Below, in pieces: positions 1 to 9,620 of a stretch of 64,000 bases of DNA. Location: positions 64,787-128,786 of IMG/VR virus record IMGVR_UViG_3300037804_000367, one strand, 5' to 3'. The notes below the pieces were generated by a model. The model saw only the letters and a list, made by a program, of their open reading frames with translations, had not been told where the DNA came from and did no database searches. Within the stretch, counting starts at the first letter, position 1. Every line of letters starts with the position of its first letter. This DNA is from a virus. The translations under genes and the position numbers were made by a program.

Positions 1-275
1 AGTTGATTAATTATCATGGGCAAGTGACGGAGGACGTCATCTTCAGGAGTTGGAAAATGTTTTTTGTCTTTATCATCGCTTGAAGTTACTACTACACCAG
101 CTCTCTTCATTAGCGTGCACTGAGAAAGATGTAGTTCGCAAACACTTCTCTCTAATGATTTACTACAACCAGTAGTCATGTCTCGAAGCGTGACAGATTT
201 TTTAGATACTTTTATAATCTTATATTGATGAGTAACGTGATTGTGTTCCCATTCATCTCTTAATTTCAAAACCAT
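1..275 (-). CDS. hypothetical protein (partial, runs off window start)
   Basis: Manual translation MVLKLRDEWEHNH... open to position 1; AGGAG SD upstream of ATG at 275. Confidence 0.7.
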   Translation of the reverse strand, partial: MVLKLRDEWEHNHVTHQYKIIKVSKKSVTLRDMTTGCSKSLERSVCELHLSQCTLMKRAGVVVTSSDDKDKKHFPTPEDDVLRHLPMIINQ

Positions 276-303
276 TTCAATACTCCTTTTGTATTTCAGA
301 TAG

Positions 304-597
304 TTAAATTAAATGTTTTGCCATCTTTTGTTCTAAATTTGTAATTAAAATTTGTTCTTTGGATTGTTTATATATCTCTGGATAGTACCAAGTATCGATA
401 TATTCAATACAATAATAAGATAGATAACTTGTATACTGCCAATCAAACGTTCCTAGTTCAAACCAATCGTGAAAATAATCTTTACAGTATACAGCCAATA
501 ACCAACTCTCTTTCCATTTAAAAGTGGTCTTATCGAACCACTTGTGGAACAATTGATGGTTTTGTTGGAACCAAATATTTGAATAATCAATATGCAT
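304..597 (-). CDS. Trp/Cys-rich 'WFD' repeat protein, paralog 1
   Basis: ~22-aa W(F/Y)DxxxFxW...LxxYC repeat; N-term IxYxxxWF; C-term KMAKHLI. Confidence 0.85.
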   Translation of the reverse strand: MHIDYSNIWFQQNHQLFHKWFDKTTFKWKESWLLAVYCKDYFHDWFELGTFDWQYTSYLSYYCIEYIDTWYYPEIYKQSKEQILITNLEQKMAKHLI

Positions 598-890
598 TAT
601 ATTAAATGTCTCTTCATCATCTCTTCAAGATGTAACTGCCGTAGTTGCTGTTTTGTTTCATCAAATATTTTTTTGTGGTACCAAGTGTCTAAATTGTCCA
701 TACAATACATTATCAGATATTCACTATATGACCAACTAAATGTTTTGCGATCAAACCAAATATCAAAATGCTCAGGACAACATCTTGCCAACATCCAACT
801 ACGACTCCACAAAAACGTGTCTTTGTTAAACCATATAGGTAAAGTGCTTCTATTTGCAGAAAACCATCTAGTTGTGTACTCGATTTCCAT
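597..890 (-). CDS. WFD repeat protein, paralog 2
   Basis: Same repeat; C-term MMKRHLI. Confidence 0.85.
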   Translation of the reverse strand: MEIEYTTRWFSANRSTLPIWFNKDTFLWSRSWMLARCCPEHFDIWFDRKTFSWSYSEYLIMYCMDNLDTWYHKKIFDETKQQLRQLHLEEMMKRHLI

Positions 891-1383
891 TTTTGATCTT
901 TTCGCTTGTTTGATTTACACTATGTCTTGTTTCTTCTTGAGCTATTTGTTTATCGACATTTCCAATATACCAAATACCTTGATGTATTTTTGACCATACT
1001 GTTTTTCCATTTACTGATCTTTCAAATATTCCGGTCGTATCACTATTTGATAAATTAATAGCGTTCCATTTATATTTTCCGAATGAGATGAATAATGTTA
1101 AAGTGTTTGGCTCAACATATTCTATTTTATGAAATCGTTTTGATTTATGCCAAATAAAACTGAGAAAATTATACTGTTTAAATATCGGATTTTGAAATCC
1201 TATTCGTTCTATGTAACCACCTTTTAGAACTATACTCAAATAATTGAAAGGGTGATTGTGTAATAATTGTGTAGTGTCCTGTCCAATAAATCTATGTAGA
1301 CGTATATGTATTTTCCAAAACTTTAATATTGTGAATCGTTTTAATAGATTTGGAATGGTTGTATATTTTTTAAAGAATATCAT
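868..1383 (-). CDS. cupin-like protein
   Basis: HNHPFNYLSIVLKGGYIE...FHKIE resembles cupin metal-binding motifs. Confidence 0.55.
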   Translation of the reverse strand: MIFFKKYTTIPNLLKRFTILKFWKIHIRLHRFIGQDTTQLLHNHPFNYLSIVLKGGYIERIGFQNPIFKQYNFLSFIWHKSKRFHKIEYVEPNTLTLFISFGKYKWNAINLSNSDTTGIFERSVNGKTVWSKIHQGIWYIGNVDKQIAQEETRHSVNQTSEKIKNGNRVHN

Positions 1384-1388
1384 AATTG

Positions 1389-1919
1389 TTATTTAGTTAG
1401 ATGTTTTGTCATAGATTTTTCTAAGTGCTCTATTTTCATTTGTTGTTTTGAAAAGTTTTTATACTTTGATTTATCATACCAAATATCGATATGTTGGATG
1501 CAAAATTCTGGAAGAGAGAATGAACAATCCCAATGAAACTTATCTTTGTCCCACCACTTGTCAAAATGATCACTACACTTTTCACTTAAATACCATGAGT
1601 TTTCCCAAATGAATTTATCAGCGTCCCACCAAAAGTTAAAATCTTTAGAACACCACCTTGCTAATGTTCCACTCTGTGTCCAATCAAATGTATCTGTATC
1701 AAACCATACCTTTATGTGCTGTCCACAATGAGTAGCAAATGCTGAACTAAATGAGTTCCAAAACACCTGCGTGTGATCAAACCAAATAGATATTTTATTA
1801 TTGCAATGCTCGATTAAAAACATTATATAGTTCCAATCGAATGTTTTACTATCAAACCAATCGGATATTAAATGAGAGTGTTGCTTAAACCAAATTTCAT
1901 TATATGTAATTTCCATCAA
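1389..1919 (-). CDS. WFD repeat protein, paralog 3
   Basis: Six to seven repeats; C-term SMTKHLTK. Confidence 0.85.
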   Translation of the reverse strand: MMEITYNEIWFKQHSHLISDWFDSKTFDWNYIMFLIEHCNNKISIWFDHTQVFWNSFSSAFATHCGQHIKVWFDTDTFDWTQSGTLARWCSKDFNFWWDADKFIWENSWYLSEKCSDHFDKWWDKDKFHWDCSFSLPEFCIQHIDIWYDKSKYKNFSKQQMKIEHLEKSMTKHLTK

Positions 1920-2294
1920 CTAATCCATATGTTCGGTCATTTTAAAATAAAGGTTTTGTTCTTGTAATTCTATTTTTGTGGCCTTAAATTGTTGTTGATC
2001 AAACCAAATATCAATATGCTCGAAACAATGTACAACTAATTCCCATCTTGAAGTATAATTGAACTTATCAATATCAAACCATATCAAAAATTTATCAGAA
2101 CAACATCTCGCTATTTGAAGAGATCCGTGTTGAAAATTATAAGTGTTTGGATCAAACCAAATGTCAAATTTTTCAGGGCAATGTTCAGCTAATAAATTGC
2201 TAAAATTAAAGTCGAACTTTTTTGGATTATACCAACTGTCAAAATACTGTGCGTTTTCATTGAACCATTTATATGAGTAGCAAACAGATTGCAT
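1920..2294 (-). CDS. WFD repeat protein, paralog 4
   Basis: Same repeat; ends KMTEHMD then TAG. Confidence 0.85.
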   Translation of the reverse strand: MQSVCYSYKWFNENAQYFDSWYNPKKFDFNFSNLLAEHCPEKFDIWFDPNTYNFQHGSLQIARCCSDKFLIWFDIDKFNYTSRWELVVHCFEHIDIWFDQQQFKATKIELQEQNLYFKMTEHMD

Positions 2295-2530
2295 CAGGGC
2301 CTCTGTGAATCGTTTTTGCCACGTGCTGAAGGCTGTTCGATTAAAGACTCCAATGTGTGATCATCTTCAATGTCTATACCTAAATAAGAGGCTCTTTTAA
2401 CAGCATCTTCGATAGTGTCTTTTGCATATGTATTTCTATTATGAGCATATCTTCTAGCCATCCAAAGAGTGTCCCAAATAATGGATCTCAATTTACTATT
2501 TTCTTGCTCGAGTAGTTTATTTTTATTCAT
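2294..2530 (-). CDS. hypothetical protein
   Basis: Abutting ORF in gene train. Confidence 0.7.
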   Translation of the reverse strand: MNKNKLLEQENSKLRSIIWDTLWMARRYAHNRNTYAKDTIEDAVKRASYLGIDIEDDHTLESLIEQPSARGKNDSQRP

Positions 2531-3180
2531 TAGCTATTCATGTGTTGTTTCATTTTTTGCATAAGAGGCATTTCCTCAAATTCAGAAAGAATAGTTTTAC
2601 AATGTTGACCACTTAAAGCTGCTAGAACTTCAGCAATCATTTGCTCATTACCAGGTTCAATTTTTATCTGCATTGTGGTACATGCAGTGTCGTGAAAATA
2701 AGTGTCATTGCCTTTTGGTAAATCTAATGATTTTATAACAGATCTCCAGTAACCTGCACGAGCCTGTGCTTTATCTCTTTCGGACAGTTTATCTTCGAGT
2801 CTTTTCTGAATCTTTTTCTGTCTATCATAACAACTCTGTATCATTTTTGTGAGTTTGCCATCTAAAAAATCTAGCACGTCTTGTTGACAATAAGAGTCAC
2901 CTTCAAATATTTTTGTGGATGATGCAGTCAATTCACTTTGATTATAATCACAGACTTTTAGTTTTAACTTAGTACCTGTCCACTTTGCATAATGACCATC
3001 TACTTGAGTAAGATCAACTCGCCAATCTCTTTTATCAGGAGTTTCGAAAATAAAATAATTATATCCTTTGCTGGTGACTTCGTACCCGTTTGGAAGCTGT
3101 GCTACCAGTTCATTAATACCAAACACGATAGAAGATCTTACAGAGTTCCAAACTTCCGGATCGTATGTTTTATTTTCCAT
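2530..3180 (-). CDS. hypothetical protein with C-terminal LxxxMxxH motif
   Basis: 216-aa ORF ending LMQKMKQHMNS. Confidence 0.75.
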   Translation of the reverse strand: MENKTYDPEVWNSVRSSIVFGINELVAQLPNGYEVTSKGYNYFIFETPDKRDWRVDLTQVDGHYAKWTGTKLKLKVCDYNQSELTASSTKIFEGDSYCQQDVLDFLDGKLTKMIQSCYDRQKKIQKRLEDKLSERDKAQARAGYWRSVIKSLDLPKGNDTYFHDTACTTMQIKIEPGNEQMIAEVLAALSGQHCKTILSEFEEMPLMQKMKQHMNS

Positions 3181-3312
3181 GATACTATTTTTCCTTTTTG
3201 TCTTGAGATGTACGAATGCCTAACCACTGAAAAACTCTTGTTTCTAGCTCTTTAAATTTCTTTCGATCGTCTTTAATCCTTTGCTTCTTCTGATTCTTTT
3301 TAGATTTTTTCA

Positions 3313-3561
3313 TTACATGCAGTCGTCCATATGAGCGTTAAGATTATTTTCAAGAGTTTTATTATCACAGTCAACTGCTGGATACAATTCACAGTTTTCC
3401 TCTCCACATTTTGACCAGCTCTTAACTAAAGATTCAGCTTGGTCGCAATTGCGATCGATGTACTGTTCGCAAACTTTCTTTGCATTTTGCTCAGTGGTTT
3501 CAATTTCTTCATTGAGCCATTCACAGCCGTTCATTGTAGAGTAATAAAATTTTAGTAACAT
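3313..3561 (-). CDS. hypothetical protein (first gene after early promoter)
   Basis: SD (AAGGA) and promoter upstream; ends LENNLNAHMD. Confidence 0.7.
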   Translation of the reverse strand: MLLKFYYSTMNGCEWLNEEIETTEQNAKKVCEQYIDRNCDQAESLVKSWSKCGEENCELYPAVDCDNKTLENNLNAHMDDCM

Positions 3562-3579
3562 TTTAAATCCTTCGTTTTT

Positions 3580-3620
3580 CTTACCTATTTTAATATACCC
3601 CCTTAACTAGATAAGTCAAC
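3580..3620 (-). promoter_or_regulatory. sigma70-type early promoter
   Basis: Minus strand TTGACT-16nt-TATATT...AGGTAAG; motif recurs about 15 times. Confidence 0.8.
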
Positions 3621-3627
3621 TCCAAAC

Positions 3628-3660
3628 AAAAAAAGATCCTATAAAATAGGATCTTTTTTT
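3628..3660. terminator. intrinsic terminator (bidirectional)
   Basis: AAAAAAAGATCCTAT-aaa-ATAGGATCTTTTTTT hairpin with A/T tails. Confidence 0.8.
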
Positions 3661-3674
3661 GATATTTGTAACTA

Positions 3675-4331
3675 CTAAAGTCTGTTTTTTCTACTTAAAA
3701 GTTTCTTTAGTTTTGATGAACTATTGAACGTGTCCATTGCTTCAATGATTATATCCCTAAGATATTTGTAACTCTTATCATCTTCTGTGAAGAATCTCAA
3801 TGCTATTGCAGTTGCTATTTCAATACGAGGATCGTCATGTGAGTATTTGTGATTTTTTGACCAAGGCATTCCTAAATGATCCTGCACGTCTAATAATATT
3901 TTTCCGTGCTTCTCAGCCTCTTGCATCATTCCCATTCCACAATTAGTACCCAACCACTGAATAACCGAAGCGATATCCTTACAAGTAGCTGAACTAATTT
4001 GGTCACGTTCTAGTAATTGAGGTAAGAAATCTTCATGCTTGTGATTCCAATCTCTCCAAACCTTATAAAACCAATGTTCATACCCGTTTGATTTTGTTCG
4101 TTCAAATGAGTGTCCTTTGTGATCAGGACGGATAGCAGCATTTAAATCCGTCAATGACTGTCTAATATTACAAATAGAACATAAATTCTCAGGTGTACAA
4201 TCTGCAAGACCTCCGTCTTCATTATCACATTCAAGACCTTCAACTTGGTGCTCCAATCTCATTTTACAATCATTTAATAATTCTAATTGTGCGGTATCCA
4301 TTTCATTTTTTCCTTGTGCGATTGTATACAT
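3675..4331 (-). CDS. hypothetical protein
   Basis: 218-aa ORF, tandem TAG TAG stop. Confidence 0.7.
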   Translation of the reverse strand: MYTIAQGKNEMDTAQLELLNDCKMRLEHQVEGLECDNEDGGLADCTPENLCSICNIRQSLTDLNAAIRPDHKGHSFERTKSNGYEHWFYKVWRDWNHKHEDFLPQLLERDQISSATCKDIASVIQWLGTNCGMGMMQEAEKHGKILLDVQDHLGMPWSKNHKYSHDDPRIEIATAIALRFFTEDDKSYKYLRDIIIEAMDTFNSSSKLKKLLSRKNRL

Positions 4332-4651
4332 TCCATCTTTGCAACCTCGTGCGATTTTTCAGCTCTGATGTTTTGATATGTTTGTTGATGTACTAATACT
4401 TTATTCTTTTCTAAAATCAAGTTTCGACAAATGCTTTTAGGAATCCACAAGCTAGGATTATTTGCAAATGAAAATAGATAATGAGTTTCTGTTTCACGTT
4501 CTATCGATTCAAAACTAATTGAACGATGATAATAATTTGGATCAGATCCCCATTGAAAAACTGATTTGCTTCCGTGATAACTTTCGCCCCAACTTGGACA
4601 TCCCATTGATTCCCATTGATCAAATGCTTCTATGTAATGATCACCGTGCAT
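4283..4651 (-). CDS. hypothetical protein
   Basis: ORF in gene train. Confidence 0.65.
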   Translation of the reverse strand: MHGDHYIEAFDQWESMGCPSWGESYHGSKSVFQWGSDPNYYHRSISFESIERETETHYLFSFANNPSLWIPKSICRNLILEKNKVLVHQQTYQNIRAEKSHEVAKMECIQSHKEKMKWIPHN

Positions 4652-5114
4652 TTGCTACCTTCCTTCCGTGAGTGAGGGTTATCATTTTATCATCAGTTTC
4701 ATTATATTCAAACCACTCATCTTTCCATTTTCCTCTGAAGCTAATCGCCCAAGCAGTTTTTGTGCAATGTATTTTATGGACATTGTCACGAGGAGTGTAC
4801 TTGACATTTCCCATCTTAAATTTCTTCAAGGATGATTGTTTTGTTTCAACATCCATAATCTGTTCTTGTACATTTCCTTTCAACCAAAACGTCAATGCAT
4901 TGAAAGCATGAGAATGAAAATTTTCTCTGTCGTTCGGATTAAATTTTAGTAACACAATTGAAAACAACCATTTGATTTCAATCAACCAATATCCACTAAC
5001 GCCTGAATTTGGTCCGCCATCCGATTTCTTTTTGAATATTAACATATCGGATTGTCCTTTCCGTAAGCAGTTCTCCACCTTGTAAGACCACGTTCCTTCA
5101 AAGCAGACATGCAA
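4641..5114 (-). CDS. cupin-like protein (true start probably MLIFKK near 5045)
   Basis: HSHAFNALTFWLKGNVQE...HKIH; similar to 868..1383. Confidence 0.55.
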   Translation of the reverse strand: MHVCFEGTWSYKVENCLRKGQSDMLIFKKKSDGGPNSGVSGYWLIEIKWLFSIVLLKFNPNDRENFHSHAFNALTFWLKGNVQEQIMDVETKQSSLKKFKMGNVKYTPRDNVHKIHCTKTAWAISFRGKWKDEWFEYNETDDKMITLTHGRKVANAR

Positions 5115-5380
5115 TTATCACAAACATAAGTGTGGCCCTCTAATACAATATAACAATCAGTGAGATCTTGATCTCCTGCATTTACCAAAGCACTTATTTC
5201 AGCGTGATGAGATTGACCACAAACCTCTTTACATAAGTGATATCCTTCTCCAGTTTCCATCCCGACACGAGGACACTCAGTCACTTCGTCATTTGATATG
5301 GAATTACTTCCGGTAGAAATTTCCGTTCCATATCTAAAAATTGTTGCATGTACAACTTGTTTTAAACATTCCTGACTCAT
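5039..5380 (-). CDS. cytidine/dCMP deaminase-like zinc protein
   Basis: HAE...CxxC (HAEISAL ... VCDNC) deaminase signature. Confidence 0.7.
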   Translation of the reverse strand: MSQECLKQVVHATIFRYGTEISTGSNSISNDEVTECPRVGMETGEGYHLCKEVCGQSHHAEISALVNAGDQDLTDCYIVLEGHTYVCDNCMSALKERGLTRWRTAYGKDNPIC

Positions 5381-5718
5381 ATCATCTCCAATTGCGTTTC
5401 GATATCTATCAGTAATTGTTGAAGATCTTTTCGTTCTTGTAAAATTACTTTTTCGTTATCTGTTGACATCATATTATTCAACATGCAAAGCTGATCCTCT
5501 ACAACAGATTTACTTCTTGTTAATATACTTGCGATAGGATTGTATTTCACTTCAGTTGTTGAACTAAATCCTGTTAATATTTTTCCGCTAGTCATAACTG
5601 TTGTTGTATTACAAATATGTTTCGTATTACAAACTATTTTTGTTTCAGTTTTTGATCCATGAGAACATTGATGTTCTTCATCCCAACTTACAAAATTATC
5701 ACATCCGTCACAATACAT
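5377..5718 (-). CDS. hypothetical protein
   Basis: ORF in gene train, N-terminal CxxC. Confidence 0.65.
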   Translation of the reverse strand: MYCDGCDNFVSWDEEHQCSHGSKTETKIVCNTKHICNTTTVMTSGKILTGFSSTTEVKYNPIASILTRSKSVVEDQLCMLNNMMSTDNEKVILQERKDLQQLLIDIETQLEMI

Positions 5719-6031
5719 TCCAAAAATCTCCGTGTTGTTTTTCTTCGATCTCTATTGGATCCATGTCCTGAGTCAATACCGTGCACACAACTTTTCTTAC
5801 ACTATCATAAACTAATCTTAGCTTGTGACCATAATGATTATAATCAAAAATTGAAACTCTATTTGATTGTTTGTATACAAATGTTGCATGTCCCTTTTGA
5901 ATAGCTGTTATCCACACTCTGAATGATTCACGGTTTGGTTCAAATCCAAATCTTTCAAGACATCTTTTTTTACAATGTAGTTTCTGACAGACACTTTTAT
6001 CAGGTCGATTATTCTTTTTTCGCTTACTCAT
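5708..6031 (-). CDS. hypothetical basic protein, possible RelE-like/BECR-type fold
   Basis: HCKKRCLERFG...VYDSVRKVVCTV pattern; fold call is weak. Confidence 0.5.
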   Translation of the reverse strand: MSKRKKNNRPDKSVCQKLHCKKRCLERFGFEPNRESFRVWITAIQKGHATFVYKQSNRVSIFDYNHYGHKLRLVYDSVRKVVCTVLTQDMDPIEIEEKQHGDFWNVL

Positions 6032-6285
6032 GAGTTATTCTCCAATATGTCAACTATTTGATCTAAAGTATTATCAATCACTGATTGCTTAATTATATCA
6101 GGATTTTGAATTTCTCTACAAACTATTCCACATGGATGACATCCGTTACGTTCGACCCACTTCTTAAAAGCTTTCTTTTCATCGGTGGCTGCCACGTGTC
6201 CTATCACTTTTACATCATAGTTCTGCGAGGTGACACTTTCCAAATACATAAAGAATTCAAAACATTTTAAAGTTTGCTCTGGCAT
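6028..6285 (-). CDS. hypothetical protein
   Basis: ORF in gene train. Confidence 0.65.
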   Translation of the reverse strand: MPEQTLKCFEFFMYLESVTSQNYDVKVIGHVAATDEKKAFKKWVERNGCHPCGIVCREIQNPDIIKQSVIDNTLDQIVDILENNS

Positions 6286-6288
6286 ATT

Positions 6289-6522
6289 TCAACTTCCTCC
6301 AATAAATAAAATAGTTTCATCATCACTTTTAAGATTTTCCACATCAAGCTCGAGGTGTAAATGACTTTCATCTAATTCCAATGATGCTGAGTTTACATAG
6401 ATTTCATTACTATCCAACCTGATTGTTTCAGTTGCACCATATTCGCCATTAGTGAAACATTTTAAATCACCATGCTTTTCAAACTTTAATTGTAGATCAG
6501 AAATCAATTGAGATAACATCAT
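6289..6522 (-). CDS. hypothetical protein
   Basis: ORF in gene train. Confidence 0.7.
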   Translation of the reverse strand: MMLSQLISDLQLKFEKHGDLKCFTNGEYGATETIRLDSNEIYVNSASLELDESHLHLELDVENLKSDDETILFIGGS

Positions 6523-6535
6523 AATGTATTCCTTA

Positions 6536-6955
6536 TTACCTGATTATTGTTTTAATTTTTCCCGGTAACCGATAATCTAGGATAGTAAATACCGAAGATG
6601 TTAATTCAACTTTTGGTTCAGACTTTTTTGTAATCCATCTTTTTGTAGCAAAATAAGCTTCACGAGTAGTTTTTTTAAACCATATCCGTTTAGTAACAGT
6701 TTGTTTTTCAGTGTCTTCTTTGCGATAAAGTTCAGGATTATCTATTTCAAATGGATCATCATACAAGCCAAATCCTTGTTCCACTTCGCGTTTTCTTCCG
6801 ACCAGACACAATACACCGTTTTCAAGAATTTGTATTTTAGGATCAAGGATAAGCGTGTCTCTGTTCGGTTTCCATGACGGAGAGTCATCCATCAATTCAA
6901 TTTGGACATTGATACCTGATTGATTAACAATAGCATAATTTGCAGTGAGTTTCAT
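6536..6955 (-). CDS. hypothetical protein
   Basis: ORF with AAGGA SD. Confidence 0.7.
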   Translation of the reverse strand: MKLTANYAIVNQSGINVQIELMDDSPSWKPNRDTLILDPKIQILENGVLCLVGRKREVEQGFGLYDDPFEIDNPELYRKEDTEKQTVTKRIWFKKTTREAYFATKRWITKKSEPKVELTSSVFTILDYRLPGKIKTIIR

Positions 6956-6969
6956 ATTTGATTCCTTTA

Positions 6970-7338
6970 TTAACCTAAAAAAGCTGTTAATTCATTTAAC
7001 TTTAATTGCTCTTGTGCTATAATATTTTCTATTTTTGCACGTGCGGTCTTTAGATAATTCTTTGATATTGGTTTTACAGAAGGTGACATTGAGTCTTTAA
7101 ACTCGCCATCTCTAATATAAGCCTCTGCTGAAGCACCAGAAGCAAGTTTAAAAATACCAACCTCGTGCCCATTTTGATTAGTTTTAATTTGTCCAGTGAA
7201 CTTGCAAGGTACCCAAGGGATGTTTTTAGAATTATATTTTACACGAGTCATGTAAACTTTATCTAAACTTACTTCTGATACTTTCAATGTATTTGACATG
7301 TTGTATTCCTTATTAACTTTACCTACTCTAATATACAC
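6970..7338 (-). CDS. hypothetical protein (true start probably MSNTLK near 7299)
   Basis: ORF track start lies inside the promoter; SD AAGGA precedes MSNTLK. Confidence 0.7.
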   Translation of the reverse strand: MYIRVGKVNKEYNMSNTLKVSEVSLDKVYMTRVKYNSKNIPWVPCKFTGQIKTNQNGHEVGIFKLASGASAEAYIRDGEFKDSMSPSVKPISKNYLKTARAKIENIIAQEQLKLNELTAFLG

Positions 7339-7358
7339 TGTTAACCTAGTAAGTCAAG
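7320..7358 (-). promoter_or_regulatory. sigma70-type early promoter
   Basis: TTGACT...GTGTATATTAGAGTAGGTAAA. Confidence 0.75.
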
Positions 7359-7359
7359 C

Positions 7360-7725
7360 TCAATCCAAATATTTTTTCATCTTTTCGTTGAGTTTATATT
7401 CTCTAAATCCATCGTGCCAAATATCAATGTCATGTACACAGTGCCTAAACAATAAGGTTCCGTCATTCCAATTAAATTTATCTTTATCAAACCAAGTTTT
7501 AATATGCTCTGGACAAAATTCAACCAAATAATCTGAATACCCATCCCATTCATATTTTTCAGGATCCCACCAAATTTCAAAATAATCAAAGCAATATTGA
7601 GCTAACAATTCACTCCACGACCAATCAAACGTGTCTGGATTAAACCACTGTTTTATGGTATCACAGTTATTATCAAACCAATCTGATTCGTATCTAATTA
7701 CATCATTTTCATTGTAGTGGTACAT
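7360..7725 (-). CDS. WFD repeat protein, paralog 5
   Basis: Repeat; ends KMKKYLD. Confidence 0.85.
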   Translation of the reverse strand: MYHYNENDVIRYESDWFDNNCDTIKQWFNPDTFDWSWSELLAQYCFDYFEIWWDPEKYEWDGYSDYLVEFCPEHIKTWFDKDKFNWNDGTLLFRHCVHDIDIWHDGFREYKLNEKMKKYLD

Positions 7726-7726
7726 G

Positions 7727-8149
7727 TTAATCTATGTGCCTGTTCATTTCTTTAAATAATTTATATTGCTCAAAATCAGGACCCCAAATGTGTTTTTTGT
7801 CCATGCAATTTCCACTTAGATAATGGTTCATTCCCCAATTAAAAAGTTCCGGATCGTACCACTTGTCAAAATGATCTGAACAATATCTAGCCAATTGTAA
7901 TGAATTGTGTCTCCAATCAAACGAATTATGATCAAACCAAATATCAAATTTATGATTTCCAAATTTACACAACCAACCAATTTCGCCAACCCAAAACAGG
8001 TCAGGATCCCACCATTTGTCAAAATTCCTAATACAGAACCGTGCTAGTTTATCAGAATTACATTTCCACATAAAAGTTTCTTTATCAAACCATTTGTCAA
8101 AATGCTTAGCGTTCTTTTTAAACCACTCTGATGTGTACACAATTTCCAT
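7727..8149 (-). CDS. WFD repeat protein, paralog 6
   Basis: Repeat; ends EMNRHID. Confidence 0.85.
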   Translation of the reverse strand: MEIVYTSEWFKKNAKHFDKWFDKETFMWKCNSDKLARFCIRNFDKWWDPDLFWVGEIGWLCKFGNHKFDIWFDHNSFDWRHNSLQLARYCSDHFDKWYDPELFNWGMNHYLSGNCMDKKHIWGPDFEQYKLFKEMNRHID

Positions 8150-8151
8150 TG

Positions 8152-8571
8152 TTAATCCAAATATTGTGACATTTTATTAAACAGAACATACTGATCATAT
8201 CCTTCTTTCCACACGTGTTTGTAATCACCACACTTTGACATCAATGTAGGATACTCGTCCCAATCGAATGTGTCCTTATCAAACCATTTTTCAATAAACG
8301 TTGGACAGTGAATCATTAAATCATATTGGTTGTTCCATTTTAAAACGTTGGTTTTGTTAAACCAAGTCTCAAAATACCTCGAGCAATACTTTATGAGATA
8401 GAACGAAGAGCTCCAATCAAATAGATCTTTGTCAAACCACAATTCAATATAACGAGGACACTGTTTTGCTATTATATGAGAACACTCCCATAAAAACGTT
8501 TCCTTATCAAACCATGTGTGTATTAAGTGTTCATTTTGCTTAAACCACAATTCTGTGTATTCAATTTTCAT
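8152..8571 (-). CDS. WFD repeat protein, paralog 7
   Basis: Repeat; ends KMSQYLD. Confidence 0.85.
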   Translation of the reverse strand: MKIEYTELWFKQNEHLIHTWFDKETFLWECSHIIAKQCPRYIELWFDKDLFDWSSSFYLIKYCSRYFETWFNKTNVLKWNNQYDLMIHCPTFIEKWFDKDTFDWDEYPTLMSKCGDYKHVWKEGYDQYVLFNKMSQYLD

Positions 8572-8986
8572 GCAAGTGCTCTTTCATTTTCTGATTTAAC
8601 AAGTGTTGTTGATAACCAGCTTTCCAAATTTTAGAATGTTTAACGCTATGAATCTCTAATATTCTTTTATTGTTCCAGTTGAAGGTTAAAGGATCAAACC
8701 ATGTTAACAAATGCTTACTGCAATATTTTGCTAGATAATATGAATCCCACTCCCAATCAATACGATCCTTATCAAACCATTTGTCAAAATGCTTGTGACA
8801 ATATTCCTCTAAGTATTCAAGAGCTCCCCAATTAAATGTTTTGGGATCAAACCACTTATCAAAATGTTTGTCACAATACTTTGCAAATAGACCAGTGTGT
8901 TCAGTTACAACACACTCTGGTGTAAACCACTCGTCAAAGTGTTTTACATTTGCTTTGAACCATTTTTCTTTATACTGAATCTTCAT
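8561..8986 (-). CDS. WFD repeat protein, paralog 8
   Basis: Repeat; ends KMKEHLHEN. Confidence 0.85.
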   Translation of the reverse strand: MKIQYKEKWFKANVKHFDEWFTPECVVTEHTGLFAKYCDKHFDKWFDPKTFNWGALEYLEEYCHKHFDKWFDKDRIDWEWDSYYLAKYCSKHLLTWFDPLTFNWNNKRILEIHSVKHSKIWKAGYQQHLLNQKMKEHLHEN

Positions 8987-9404
8987 TTAAGTGCTCTGAC
9001 ATCTTTTTGAATGTTAAATGTTCAGCCTTTGCTTCTTTCCATTTTGTTCTATTTTCACAATTGTGAGTTTTGTTATACACAGGACTGTCAAAATTAAACT
9101 TTTCTTTATCGAACCATTTGTCAAAGTGTCGTGAACAATATTTTACTAAGTGATAAGAAAATTTCCAATCAAACGTGTACTTGTCAAACCACTTGTCAAA
9201 ATCTTTAGAACAGAATTTTGCTAAAAGGTTTGAATAATACATGTGGTGAAATTCTCTATCATACCATTTGTCAAAGTCACTGTTGCAATACTTTATCAAT
9301 TTGTTTACATAGAACCATTCAAATGTTCCCTTATCAAACCACTTATCAAAGTGCTTGGCATTTTGCTTAAACCATTCTGATGTGTATTTAATTTCCCTTG
9401 TCAT
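8970..9404 (-). CDS. WFD repeat protein, paralog 9
   Basis: Repeat; ends KMSEHLNEDSV. Confidence 0.85.
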   Translation of the reverse strand: MTREIKYTSEWFKQNAKHFDKWFDKGTFEWFYVNKLIKYCNSDFDKWYDREFHHMYYSNLLAKFCSKDFDKWFDKYTFDWKFSYHLVKYCSRHFDKWFDKEKFNFDSPVYNKTHNCENRTKWKEAKAEHLTFKKMSEHLNEDSV

Positions 9405-9620
9405 TTAAAACTTCTCAATGTACCATTCGCCATCTTTATCATTATCTAAAACGATATCTTCCAAGTGACTTTTTGAAATTTTTGCAATTCCGAATAAGTT
9501 GGGATAGCGAGTCCAAGGCCAAAGTTTTGCACCTCTGTAATATTCACCTTGACGGTTTCTAATACAATACAATTTATCTTTCGGAATTTTAATAGTGGTC
9601 TGTCGAATAAAGTAATTCAT
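9405..9620 (-). CDS. hypothetical protein
   Basis: Abutting ORF. Confidence 0.6.
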   Translation of the reverse strand: MNYFIRQTTIKIPKDKLYCIRNRQGEYYRGAKLWPWTRYPNLFGIAKISKSHLEDIVLDNDKDGEWYIEKF

